Positions 48,399-58,569 of a stretch of 64,000 nt of DNA are shown here, piece after piece. Location of the stretch: positions 160,001 through 224,000 of the forward strand of contig CAVQBA010000005.1 of assembly GCA_963710605.1 (NCBI GenBank), read 5' to 3'. This DNA is from an uncultured cyanobacterium. Lineage in GTDB: Bacteria; Cyanobacteriota; Cyanobacteriia; Cyanobacteriales; Cyanobacteriaceae. Under the pieces are notes generated by a model. The model was not told where the DNA came from. It did not search any database and saw only the letters and a program-made list of their open reading frames with translations. The translations under genes were made by a program, and so were the position numbers. Position 1 is the first letter of the stretch, and every line of letters begins with the position of its first letter.

Positions 48399-50612
48399 AT
48401 GTTATGTCATCTTTTAATTAGTCTTCCAGAAACCGATAAGTCAAATTTAATTCAAAAGTTACAACAATTAAAAAAATATAAGGTTATTTCTTGTAATAAC
48501 ATTTATCAACAACTTGACCCAAATAAAAGTATTTTAGAGTCTCGCTTAGAAATTGAAGCAGAAGTAATTAAACAAATAGAAGAAGCGATTGCTAATAATA
48601 CACCAGTAATTTATGATTCTTTTTACCTCAAAAGAGTTTGGCGAATGGATTTTTTTAATCGAGTCAAAGAAAGAATACCTAAATCGATCGAATGGTTTGG
48701 ATGGTATTTTAAATTTGACGATCGAAAGTATAACGAATTCTATCTCAAACATGAAAATATATTTAAAACAATTCCCCCCATTGAAAGACTACCTGAAATT
48801 AAAAAGAAACTATTATCCCTTAGTAAAGCAGAAGGCTTTGTCGAAATTTGCGAAATAAAAAATGAAAAAAATATTAAATTATCTAATAAAGATCGAGAAA
48901 AAATAATTAATTTTAATGTTGACAAATTTATCCTGTCTCAAAAAAGAAGTAAGAGTAAAACTTCTGTTTTTCACCGTTATTCAAAATTAATTGATTTCAA
49001 TCGATTAATGCATTTGATTAGTTTGTTAATTCATTATCCTGCTCTTGGTAATTTGCAATTTGAACATCCAAAAATGATTAAAAAAATATTTGGAGAAGAA
49101 AAAACATTTACTGATTCTATAGATGAAATTACAGCTATTATGGCTCAGTTAAAAGGTAAAATTTATGCCGAACGAAATTTAATTACCGAAGACTTAAACT
49201 TTTTAGAATCTCATCAATTTCTTTATGATAATCAAGATTTGGTAGTACAAGATAAACCGATAACAGTAGAGAAGATTGAATATGACGATTATTTTTTTAC
49301 TCATTATGCTTCAAACATAGATGCTTTTGAGCGAATATTAACAACCTTAAAATTTATTAGTTTAAATCCATTTATAGATACTGAAAAATTGACCCTTGTC
49401 AATCCCGATAGTTTTGAAAAACTAAGTGAAGCGATCCAGTCTTCTCATCTAAGTCAAAAAGATAAAGACAAAAAACAAAATTTGTTAAAAGGTACTCTTC
49501 CTCGATTTACTTACAAACTAATGGAATATAAAGAAGAGCTAAATAAAAAACATATTGAGAATGAAGAACTCGATTATAATCAAGAACTCGATCGTAATTA
49601 TTGGTTTAAGAGACTATATAATTTATTAGAGTGTCGTGATAATTTACGGAAAGATTTTCAATTAATTATTCATCCCTATCAAGTTTTTCCTCATCAAACT
49701 ATGCGTAAAGGTTATTTTTTCGGTACAGGTATTTTAACCGAACAAGAATTAAAACAAGCTTTTGATTTAGTTAGAAACCAAGCAAATGACATTGACGATC
49801 CTCTCGCAACTGAGTTTTCTAACAAGTTTCAGCAAATTCTTGAAACTACTAAATTACTAAATAAATCTTCATATTACTCCTCAAAAGCGATCGCTAATAG
49901 TTTGATTGTTGATTATACTGAAGTAGGCAAAGAAGCTTTGTGTCACGAATATAAGCAGAAAGAAATCATAAATGCGATCGAAAATCATCATTTAGTAAAA
50001 TTAGGAAAATACCACGATCGAGGTAAATATGCCGAAGAAGAAGAGATAGGAGAAGCATGGTTGTTACAATTAGTTTTTTATGATATTGCTTGGTATTTAG
50101 CTTTTGAACGCCGTGCGGATAAATGGATATTTTTAGAGAGATTAGATCGCTTGTATTGTACAGATTTCAACGTAACAAATAGTGACAATAGATCTTTTAG
50201 TGACCAGAAGAATAGTTTTAATAATCTAAATAAACTACTCAATGCCAGTGCGGGAATTTTTCTAGGTTTTTCAGTAGAAGAGCAAAAGAAATTTTTACAA
50301 AACAATAGTCAAAAAGATGTCATGGTTACAGTTGAATTATGGTTTAAGCAATCAGCTTTTGTTTTTATTAAAGAAGGTACTAAACGTTATCCTAAAGTAA
50401 ATATGAAGATTGAAGAAAACAAGACAGGAGATAAAGATTTTCCTCATCTTTTTAAAGTACAACTACCAAAATGGTCGCTCAGAGAATTTAATTTTAAAAA
50501 ATGGATTTTAGGTTTCGGAGAAGCTGTAAAGGTTGTTGAACCAGAAGAATTAAAAGAGGACATAATTAAAATTGCCACAGGAACTTTAAAAGCTAATCAA
50601 AAAAATAATTAA
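48399..50612 (+). CDS. WYL-domain protein with degenerate N-terminal kinase-like (AAA_33) domain and C-terminal WCX
   Basis: AWYLAFE..ERLDRL; WILGFGEAVKVVEPEEL; MRKGYFFGTGIL; N-terminal LISLPETDKS..IYD. Confidence 0.88.
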   Translation: MLCHLLISLPETDKSNLIQKLQQLKKYKVISCNNIYQQLDPNKSILESRLEIEAEVIKQIEEAIANNTPVIYDSFYLKRVWRMDFFNRVKERIPKSIEWFGWYFKFDDRKYNEFYLKHENIFKTIPPIERLPEIKKKLLSLSKAEGFVEICEIKNEKNIKLSNKDREKIINFNVDKFILSQKRSKSKTSVFHRYSKLIDFNRLMHLISLLIHYPALGNLQFEHPKMIKKIFGEEKTFTDSIDEITAIMAQLKGKIYAERNLITEDLNFLESHQFLYDNQDLVVQDKPITVEKIEYDDYFFTHYASNIDAFERILTTLKFISLNPFIDTEKLTLVNPDSFEKLSEAIQSSHLSQKDKDKKQNLLKGTLPRFTYKLMEYKEELNKKHIENEELDYNQELDRNYWFKRLYNLLECRDNLRKDFQLIIHPYQVFPHQTMRKGYFFGTGILTEQELKQAFDLVRNQANDIDDPLATEFSNKFQQILETTKLLNKSSYYSSKAIANSLIVDYTEVGKEALCHEYKQKEIINAIENHHLVKLGKYHDRGKYAEEEEIGEAWLLQLVFYDIAWYLAFERRADKWIFLERLDRLYCTDFNVTNSDNRSFSDQKNSFNNLNKLLNASAGIFLGFSVEEQKKFLQNNSQKDVMVTVELWFKQSAFVFIKEGTKRYPKVNMKIEENKTGDKDFPHLFKVQLPKWSLREFNFKKWILGFGEAVKVVEPEELKEDIIKIATGTLKANQKNN

Positions 50613-50754
50613 GATTCATTTTATCTCTATACGATCCAGACTTTTTCTCGTGCGATCGCTTTTTAGAACGGCTCAAATCAATACCAGTAAAAGCTCCTAA
50701 GTTTATTGTGTCAGCGATCCAGTTAAAATAAACTTTTTATATTTTATTTATTCA

Positions 50755-50767
50755 TTTGTTGTTCGCA
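50755..50767 (+). promoter_or_regulatory. Shared upstream motif copy D (TTTGTTGTTCGCA)
   Basis: Followed by about 95 nt with no credible ORF, then a terminator. Confidence 0.55.
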
Positions 50768-50860
50768 TCAAATAAATACAGAACCTCTATTTTATTGACG
50801 ATACTAGTTTTGTACAGATTGAGGGGGGAGATAAAGTTTAGTTTATAACATTATTAGTCG

Positions 50861-50889
50861 AAGAGGAGATTTTTCTCCTCTTTTTTTTT
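50861..50889 (+). terminator. Intrinsic terminator
   Basis: AAGAGGAGA-TTTT-TCTCCTCTT stem-loop plus T tract. Confidence 0.75.
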
Positions 50890-50987
50890 CGATCGTATGA
50901 TTATCATCAATCTTCCTATTGACAAATCTTTTATTCCCTTCACTTGACGAACATTTAAAAATAACAATTATCAAAACGATCGATCAT

Positions 50988-51001
50988 TTTAGTTGTTCGC
51001 A
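50988..51001 (+). promoter_or_regulatory. Shared upstream motif copy E (TTTAGTTGTTCGCA)
   Basis: 99 bp upstream of ATG 51100; TATACT 22 nt downstream. Confidence 0.6.
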
Positions 51002-51099
51002 TGAGAAAAATTTATTTTTTAATTATACTTGTCACAATTAATTTATGAAGTTCAAGAGCAAAATCAAACTCGTCCAAACAAATTGTTTCTACCAAATTT

Positions 51100-51573
51100 A
51101 TGAGTAAGTCATCAAGAAAACTAAAGAAAGTTTACAGTCATAAGTTGACTCTTTTTTGTCTGTTACCTCTTCTACTTGGAGGACTAATTTATATTTTATT
51201 TCGCCCCAACACTTTATTAATGTTTCATTGGTTTGAGTTGATGAGTATTGGCGATGAAGTAGAAATAGCGAGAAAAATTTTTGCTCCACTATATCCATTT
51301 ATTCCCGAACCAATTATTTTTAGTTTACCTTTTGCTTTATGGTCATTTTCTTTGGCATGGTTTTTAGAACTTGTTTGGAATCAAAATAACAACAAGAAAT
51401 TAAGCGATCGTATTTTTTGGTTAACTTTAATTATTTCTTTAGGCTTAGAATGCCTTCCCCACTTCTATCAAAGTTTGGGGTGGTTTTGTGTTGATGATGT
51501 GATGTGGATTTTTATTTCACTAGTTTTGTTCAAAATAATTAGGAGTGTAGAAAATGATTGGAAAATTCAATAG
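51100..51573 (+). CDS. Hypothetical multi-TM membrane protein
   Basis: About four hydrophobic segments; GGLIYILFRP..FSLPFALW. Confidence 0.75.
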   Translation: MSKSSRKLKKVYSHKLTLFCLLPLLLGGLIYILFRPNTLLMFHWFELMSIGDEVEIARKIFAPLYPFIPEPIIFSLPFALWSFSLAWFLELVWNQNNNKKLSDRIFWLTLIISLGLECLPHFYQSLGWFCVDDVMWIFISLVLFKIIRSVENDWKIQ

Positions 51574-52229
51574 AATACGAACATTAGTAATGTTCTTCGG
51601 TTTAACTTTATTCGCAGTTTTAGCTGTTGGTTCAACTGATTCTGTTCGCTAACATTGATAATTTTACTCAAAAATCACAACAAATTTCAAATTTATTTGA
51701 TTCGATCCAACAATTATCCGATACAACTATAACATCGGTTGACGAAGGTTACCAAGATTTAGGTACTTATATTCAAGAAAAGAATATCTCTAATCAAACA
51801 ATTCAGTTAGTGGAGGCAAAGTATGAACAAATGAGTAGTAGCTTTGACGAGCTTAAATCAACTCTTAACAAGGTAGAAAATGAGGCAAATACTTTATTTC
51901 GATTACTCAGAAAAAGAGCTCGTGAGAGTACTGACACTAATTTGAGAGAAAAAATGATTTTTGGTATCAGTGATAAAGAAGCTATTATTCAGGAAAAAAT
52001 CTCAATCGTTAAGCAAGTTTTAAGTGAAATAAGTCTTTCAATACAAAATTATGACAACATTCTCGGTTACATTCAAGTAACGACTATTACCGAGCAAACT
52101 GGTAATCAAATTCTGGGTGATATTAATTTAATTCTTGAAAAATCTCAGTTACTTCGGGCTAACATTAGACAGTCGATGGAGGATGCAAAACAAATTATTC
52201 AAGTATGGATCAACTATAACAATTATTAG
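51554..52229 (+). CDS. Hypothetical exported coiled-coil protein; probable +1 frameshift near 51647
   Basis: ATG 51554 gives signal-like MIGKFNRIRTLVMFFGLTLFAVLAVGSTDSV; removing one base joins it to ANIDNFTQKSQ... Confidence 0.6.
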
Positions 52230-52324
52230 TACGATCGAGTACATTTGGATCCCCAGCTCATCCCCCGCGGTTTCGGGGGACTTGCAAATAATTAATCTTA
52301 ATTAAATAGACTGTATCTTTTAGT

Positions 52325-52350
52325 GGTGGGCAATGTCCACCTTTTTTTTT
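52325..52350 (+). terminator. Intrinsic terminator
   Basis: GGTGGGC-AAT-GTCCACC plus T9. Confidence 0.7.
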
Positions 52351-52809
52351 ATGATCTTGTAGTAAGGGCTGAAGCCCTTATTTTTGCAATTGTTAAAAGA
52401 TGTCTATCATCATGACTAAAATTGTAATTTTGTCGATCGCTAAATTAGTTACTATTTTGGGCTAATTGGATCTTTACTAACACGGCTTCGATCGACTGAT
52501 TTTCTTTGATTTATGACTATGGTGTCAGCGATCCAGTAAATTCTTATATTTAACTAAATCTGAAAATATTTACTAATAAAAATAGCTTAAAAGTTAATTA
52601 AAACAATAAATTTAGATCGATATCATACCAATTCAAATGAAGGAAAATAACAGTTATTTTGAGTAAGTCCAAAAAGTGAAAAGTGAAACATTTTTTATCT
52701 TCCCTCATGATTGGGGGATAAAAGGGGGAAGAAATTAGTGGCGAATTATATGTAGCTGTAAATGAATTGTTTTGAACAGTTGAATCAGACTTCCTCTCCT
52801 TTGAAGAAG

Positions 52810-52965
52810 CAGGGCTGTTTCATGTCTTATTTTTGTAATTTCTACAACTAAGAAATAGCAGTAAATAGATCGCAGTTTTTTCTAATAGTAAAAAGATCAT
52901 GTAACTAAATCGATCGATCGTATAGTAATAATAGCTTCTAGCTATTTTCTTCTTCCGAGAATCAA
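52810..52965. mobile_element. Inverted copy of the CAGGGCTGTTTCAT MITE
   Basis: Reverse complement of ~47800-47957. Confidence 0.75.
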
Positions 52966-52994
52966 GTTCCCCTCCTTTGAAGGAGGGGTTAGGG

Positions 52995-54249
52995 CTTACC
53001 CCACCACATACAAATTTTAATTATATAATAAGCTATAATTTATTGACCGTCAATATTATAACTACTATATCGAGATGGAATTAAAAGATAAAACTTGGCA
53101 AAAACCTTTTCAGTCAATTTCTTCACTATTTTCACTCTCAAGGAAAAACTTGTTCTCGTAATATTGCACTTGTTAGTTTAAGTCTACTTCAATTCTCTTA
53201 CCGCTAACACTTATGCTATTGCACGTGGTTTATCTTCTCTCACAGACAAAAGTTTTAATTCTTGCGAAAAAAGAGTCAATCGTTTTTTCGATAGTCAATA
53301 TTTTCAAATTGACGATAATTTATTTCGTTCTCATAAAAATTTTATCTTTTCCGCTCTCGAAGAAATGAATTTAATTTCTTCAAAAAAACCTATTTTTATT
53401 AATGTTGATTTTACAACAAAACAAGATAATTTTTTGATATTATCTGCATCTATTCCTTTTATGAAAAGAGGTATACCGTTGTTTTTTACTATGCGTAACT
53501 ATCCTCAAAAAGCTGGTCAGTTAGATCAGAAAAAAATGGAGTTAGCTTTTATTAAGGGATTGAAGCACTTATTACCTAAGAAATATCAATATGTTATCGT
53601 TGCTGACCGAGGTTTTTGTACACAAAGATTTCTTCAATTGTGTTTGGATCATAATTTTAATTTTATTATTCGTGCTATCACTAATTTAAATCTCAATTTT
53701 AAAGGATTAAAAACGCTCTTTAAAGAAAATATCGCAAGGTAAATTAGACATAACTAATGCCTATATTCCTTCGTGGAATATGAAGCTCTCGATTAATTAC
53801 TAATCAAGAAAAAGAAAAAACATGGAAATTATTTACTAGCCTAAACATTAAAAATAAATCCATAATTTGCCAATATCAAGAACGCTTTAATATAGAGAAG
53901 ATGTTTCAAGATCAAAAATCTTCTTTATTTGACATAGAATCAACTCAAATTAAGAAATATTCGCTCGTTTAAAAAGCTTTACTACATAGTTAACTTAGTT
54001 CAAGCATTAATGATGTTAATGGGCTATTTCATGTCAGAAAAAATGCCCAAGATTAAAAAAAAATATCCAATTCAAAGCGAAATGATTTTTCCATTATCCA
54101 GCAAGTTAGGTTATTAGTCTCTAATTTCGGTACTATTTTCAAGCGTTTATTTAATTTATTTTTTAACCGACTCAACGATCGAATTAAAGATAAATATTAT
54201 CGATATTCTTCTTTTTTTACATAGCTATTTTTATATGTGGTGGGGTAAG
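52995..54249 (+). mobile_element. IS4-family-like insertion sequence with degraded DDE transposase
   Basis: 16-bp TIRs CTTACCCCACCACATA (52995-53010 / 54234-54249), 10-bp target duplication GGGGTTAGGG on both sides; NVDFT, VADRGF, RFNIEKMFQDQKS motifs across broken frames. Confidence 0.88.
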
Positions 54250-54396
54250 GGGGTTAGGGGTGGTAGAGATGTCCTAATCTTACTTCCTACTACTATATAT
54301 AGTCTGTATCTTATCAAACTGAGAATTACTGTAAATGAAGACTTAAAAATGATCGCTCAATATTATCTTACTAGATTTTTAAGTCTTTTTGTACTA

Positions 54397-54410
54397 TTTA
54401 CTTGTTCGCA
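54397..54410 (+). promoter_or_regulatory. Shared upstream motif copy F (TTTACTTGTTCGCA)
   Basis: 113 bp upstream of ATG 54523. Confidence 0.6.
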
Positions 54411-54522
54411 CAAAAGCAATGTAAATTTGCCTAAGTTCAAGATAATTTGTAATTACCTCAATTAAAAGTGCTAAGTCATTTTAGCGATTGAGGTATCAAG
54501 TCAATTTATCAAATAACAATTT

Positions 54523-55735
54523 ATGTCTAATAAAGAAAGGAATAAATTCAAAGATATTTTACCTACCTTCATCGCATTTTTTGAAAAAGAACGTGGAGGA
54601 TTACGCATTAATGCTCGTACAGGTAATCTAGAAACAGGAGATGGTCAAGAACTACAAAATACTAATCATATAGGTGCTATTTTAATGTTTGAGGCAGAGA
54701 TAAATATTTCTGACAAAATTATCAACCGTATTCTTTGCTACATCAGAAAAAACTCACCCGATCGTCATTACGAATCCCGTATTTAACTATCTCAAATCTG
54801 TACAGAGTTTAGGAATTAAATCTGATTGGCTTAAAGGTAAAGCAAAGAAATGGTTGGGTTTAGAAAGCGAACTAGACCAAAAATATTTTGAATTAACTCT
54901 AGTTGCCGCTGTCGCACGGGCTATTCAACCTGGATGTAAAAAAGATGAAATATGGGTTTTACATGGAGAACAAGGTATTGGTAAATCAACATTTTGTCGA
55001 GCTTTAGTTCCCGATAACAAATTGTTCACAGACTGCATCGAATGGGAAAAGTTTAATCAAGATACGAAAAGACAATTAAATCGAAACTGGATTGTGGAAT
55101 GCCCTGAAATAAGTACTATAAACAAACCTAATAAGCTAAAACAGTTTTTGACAACTCAGGTAGATGAATTTCGACAATGGTGGACTCCTGATTTTGTGGT
55201 TTTACCACGTCGATCGATTATCATCGGTACAACTAACGATCAAGATTTACTTACCGACGTAACAGGAAACCGACGTTTTTGGATTTCATCTATTCCCCGA
55301 AACTTTACTATTCCGATAGAGGATATTGACAACTGTCGAGATGATATGTGGTGTGCCGCAATCGATCTTTTTAATCAATTATCCCAAACGAAAGAAAAAT
55401 GGAGTTTACCTGCCGACTTAGAATCCGAGCAAAAAATTCGTAATAAAATATTTTCTCCTGATAATCATTTAAAATTTACGGTACAAAAATATTTACTCGA
55501 GATGTTTAACAAACATCTTAAAGAAGATAATGATAAAGATTCTTTTTTCACGAGTGTCTATCAAATTCGTAATAGTTTATTTGATTCCTCATCTAATAAA
55601 TTAGATAAACAAATAACCAAAATATTACGGGAATTGGGTTTTAGATGTACGGGAGAAAGAATGCGTCTTTCTGGAATACCTATTCGTACTTGGAAGCCTT
55701 ACTGTTTTGATTGGATTGATGCGGAAACAAAATAA
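54523..55735 (+). CDS. VapE/VirE-like P-loop ATPase, split by a +1 frameshift near 54772
   Basis: Restored YNPVFNYL; AVARAIQPGCK, GEQGIGKST, WIVECPE, GTTN..LTDVTGNRRFW. Confidence 0.82.
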
Positions 55736-55851
55736 TCTTACCTCACTTATTTTTTGAAATACGATCGAACGCCGAAATGAAATTAGTTTTGTTACGGCGT
55801 TTTTTACTGGAGAACTTGATTTAAGTATATTCATCTCTAATTTTTGCTCAA

Positions 55852-55865
55852 TTTAGTTGTTCGCA
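55852..55865 (+). promoter_or_regulatory. Shared upstream motif copy G (TTTAGTTGTTCGCA)
   Basis: 76 bp upstream of ATG 55941. Confidence 0.6.
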
Positions 55866-55940
55866 TAGAAACTTTACTAAACAACCGAATATGTCTTTAT
55901 TTTAGAGATAGTAATATTACATCACTTCCAAGAGCTATTT

Positions 55941-57272
55941 ATGATGAGCAAGAGACACAAGCGAAAAAACAATAATCACAACAACAAATCTATTTTATTT
56001 CTACTCGGTCGTATTCCCTATCATATTTTAATCTTAATTCAAAGTCTTTTAATTTGGTGTACTGGTACAACTCGTCGAGAATTACCAGAGCATTTAAGAA
56101 AGCCCTATGCAGGATTGGGAACAATGGCGATCGTTTCTACTAGTCTGGCTACTTTTGGCGGTTATACATTCATTTTAATTTCTTTAGGCTCGCCATTAGG
56201 AGGGATTGTTGGTGGATTAGCCGCAGGTAGTTTTATGTGGGGGATGGATCGTTCTGTGTTAGGATTTCCTACTCCTGTTAATAAAAATTCTAACTCTAAG
56301 TTAAATGGATCGTTTTGGGTCAAATTAACTGTTAATATCGCTTTTTCATCTATCTTAACTGTACCTTTATCTACACTAATGTTGATGGGTGCAGTTCAAG
56401 TAAAAAACATAGAACAAGTAGAAGATAAGATCGAAAAAATTGATATTAAGTTAGATAATAAAGAAATCGCTCTCGCAGAAATTGCCAAAAAATTAGACTA
56501 TTATGACAGCAATTCTCAACTAAGGGTTACTGTTATTGATGGTGAACCAAAACCCAATACACAATTTATAGACGGCCATGAAGCCACCCAACAAACCGAC
56601 GAACAAACCAGAGCTGAAAAACAGCTACTTTTAGAGGAAAAACAAGAATTAAAACAACAAATTACGGCTTACGAAGATGGAGATTTAAGTAAATCATCTT
56701 TAAAATTCCCCGAACAATTCAACCATGTCATGACTGAAGCTCGTTGGACAGATAACGTTCTTAGCTTCTTGTTTTTCACGATAACAGCTTTAATGGGTTC
56801 GGGAGCCGTTTTGATTAAAACCTTTGTCTTTACTGACGATGCCAATAGTAAAAGACTAGAAAGATTGGAAAAAGAAGCAAAGGAAGAAGAACAACTAAAA
56901 TACGTTATGAAGACTTCTGCCAATCAAATTTGCTATTCCGTTTTTAATGCTGAAGCAATGGATGAGGATTTAGGTAATAAGTTAAAAACCATGCAAAAAC
57001 AGTTTGAAACTGAAGTAGTTGAGCTTCATCAATCCTTTTACGACGGACGATTAGCGAAAATGCGGACAAATATCGCCAATCAAGCCGCTGAAGAGAAGAT
57101 TAGTTTGATTAATAATTCAATCAATAATGTTAATTCTCACAATGGTAATACGAAGTACAACGTACCATCTAATAAATCCTCTTTTAACGGCGTTAAGAGT
57201 AGCCATAATGGTCAGTCTGATGTTGCGACAGAGAATGACATCATCAACTTTCTGAATAACACTAAGAAGTAA
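55941..57272 (+). CDS. Hypothetical membrane protein with coiled coil (DUF4407-like architecture)
   Basis: YAGLG..three TMs..MDRS, coiled coil, late TM ending VLIK. Confidence 0.6.
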   Translation: MMSKRHKRKNNNHNNKSILFLLGRIPYHILILIQSLLIWCTGTTRRELPEHLRKPYAGLGTMAIVSTSLATFGGYTFILISLGSPLGGIVGGLAAGSFMWGMDRSVLGFPTPVNKNSNSKLNGSFWVKLTVNIAFSSILTVPLSTLMLMGAVQVKNIEQVEDKIEKIDIKLDNKEIALAEIAKKLDYYDSNSQLRVTVIDGEPKPNTQFIDGHEATQQTDEQTRAEKQLLLEEKQELKQQITAYEDGDLSKSSLKFPEQFNHVMTEARWTDNVLSFLFFTITALMGSGAVLIKTFVFTDDANSKRLERLEKEAKEEEQLKYVMKTSANQICYSVFNAEAMDEDLGNKLKTMQKQFETEVVELHQSFYDGRLAKMRTNIANQAAEEKISLINNSINNVNSHNGNTKYNVPSNKSSFNGVKSSHNGQSDVATENDIINFLNNTKK

Positions 57273-57361
57273 ATGCTCCCATCAAGTGTGTTTTACATCA
57301 TCTAAGACACACTTACAGCCAAACTCTAACAACTTATTTATTAACAACAAGGTAAACTAAT

Positions 57362-57928
57362 ATGAAAAACCAAAACAACGACATTCCTTTAACGACGATA
57401 GAAAAAGATAACTCTTCTGCAACTCCAACAATTAACAACTTAGCTCAACAATTTATGGAGCTACAACAAAGTGATAATCTAACTCCCTATCAACAAGGAG
57501 GTTTTGTTCAACGTATTTTTGCGAGTAAGGAAGAAAAGTTACAACGCACACACCAGATGGAAAAAATGATTGCCTACCAAGATTACGAAATGAGAATTGG
57601 TAAAGCTATGTGTGAAGCTAAAGAAAAAGAACTTCAAATGCAAATAGCCTCGGCGTTATCTCAAAAAAGAGTTACTTTAGATTTGCAAACCAAACAATGT
57701 ATTGCTGAAAATTATCAGCGATTTAGCGTTACTATTAACGATCGTCTTGCTGAAGCAGTAAATTTATACTTAAAGGGTTTAAAAGATGCCGAGTTAATTC
57801 CTAACGAAAAAGCTAAACAAAAATTAATTGATTATGCCGAGCAAAAATTTGAGCAAGATTGTCAATTAATGGAGGATTTAGTTGCTGATTTTCTTAAAAA
57901 TGTTTATGCAGATTTAGAGAATCAATAA
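57362..57928 (+). CDS. Hypothetical helical protein, probably co-transcribed with 55941-57272
   Basis: 188-aa ORF, AAGG upstream, terminator downstream. Confidence 0.7.
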   Translation: MKNQNNDIPLTTIEKDNSSATPTINNLAQQFMELQQSDNLTPYQQGGFVQRIFASKEEKLQRTHQMEKMIAYQDYEMRIGKAMCEAKEKELQMQIASALSQKRVTLDLQTKQCIAENYQRFSVTINDRLAEAVNLYLKGLKDAELIPNEKAKQKLIDYAEQKFEQDCQLMEDLVADFLKNVYADLENQ

Positions 57929-57978
57929 AATCATTTTGGCTTTATTATTACTAAAAAATAAATATTTAAAAACGATCG

Positions 57979-58005
57979 AGACTAGATAATTTCTAGTCTT
58001 TTTTT
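57979..58005 (+). terminator. Intrinsic terminator
   Basis: AGACTAGA-TAATT-TCTAGTCT plus T tract. Confidence 0.65.
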
Positions 58006-58124
58006 ATGTTTACTAAAAGGTTAGAAATATAACAGTTATATAAATATTTAAACTAATTAATTTTTTAAGTCTTGCTTTTGAAATTAGTATCGTTCTCCTT
58101 ATATAATATAAATTAGTAAATATA

Positions 58125-58261
58125 TATAGCAATACTAAATCATTTGTGATATATCAAAAAATAGTAAATAAACCTCAAACTTTTAAATATTGTCAATTGT
58201 CAATTGTCAATTGTCAATTTTTCAACACGAAAAATGCTACAACTCAAATAGTATTGCTATA
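58125..58261. repeat. TATAGC-family MITE with ATTGTCA heptamer tandem repeats
   Basis: 13-bp perfect TIR TATAGCAATACTA/TAGTATTGCTATA; four ATTGTCA units. Confidence 0.75.
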
Positions 58262-58289
58262 GATGCCGTAAAATACTTTATTAATAATG

Positions 58290-58516
58290 GATATAGCCGA
58301 ACAAATTCGACGATATTTACCCAGAAACTCGATCGATACTGATGAGTGAAGCGATTGGGGTATTGTTATGGGCAGATTCTATGGCTATAGTGCTGAAAAT
58401 GGTTATTGGATGTGGTGTTATTTGGTTTTACTGGATTTAGATTCTCCTTCTGCTCGTTGGTGCGTTATCGATACGGCATGGGAACAAGATTTGGAGCTGT
58501 TAGATCGAGATAAATA
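58290..58516 (+). pseudogene. Small Trp-rich hypothetical gene remnant
   Basis: DWGIVMGRFYGY..WMWCYLVLLDLDSPSARWCVIDTAWEQDLELL preceded by an in-frame TGA; paralogue at ~62098-62400 (-). Confidence 0.55.
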
Positions 58517-58518
58517 AA

Positions 58519-58547
58519 TAAAAAAGGGTGCATTCCTGAATGCACCC
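58519..58547 (-). terminator. Intrinsic terminator
   Basis: GGGTGCATT/AATGCACCC stem with T tract on the minus strand; conserved in the inverted copy at ~62072-62098. Confidence 0.7.
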
Positions 58548-58569
58548 CGAATATCCTATTAAGCCATCT

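Noticed and set aside
55805-55815. TACTGGAGAAC matching part of the CRISPR repeat
   Set aside because: Only 11 nt, single copy, no flanking similarity
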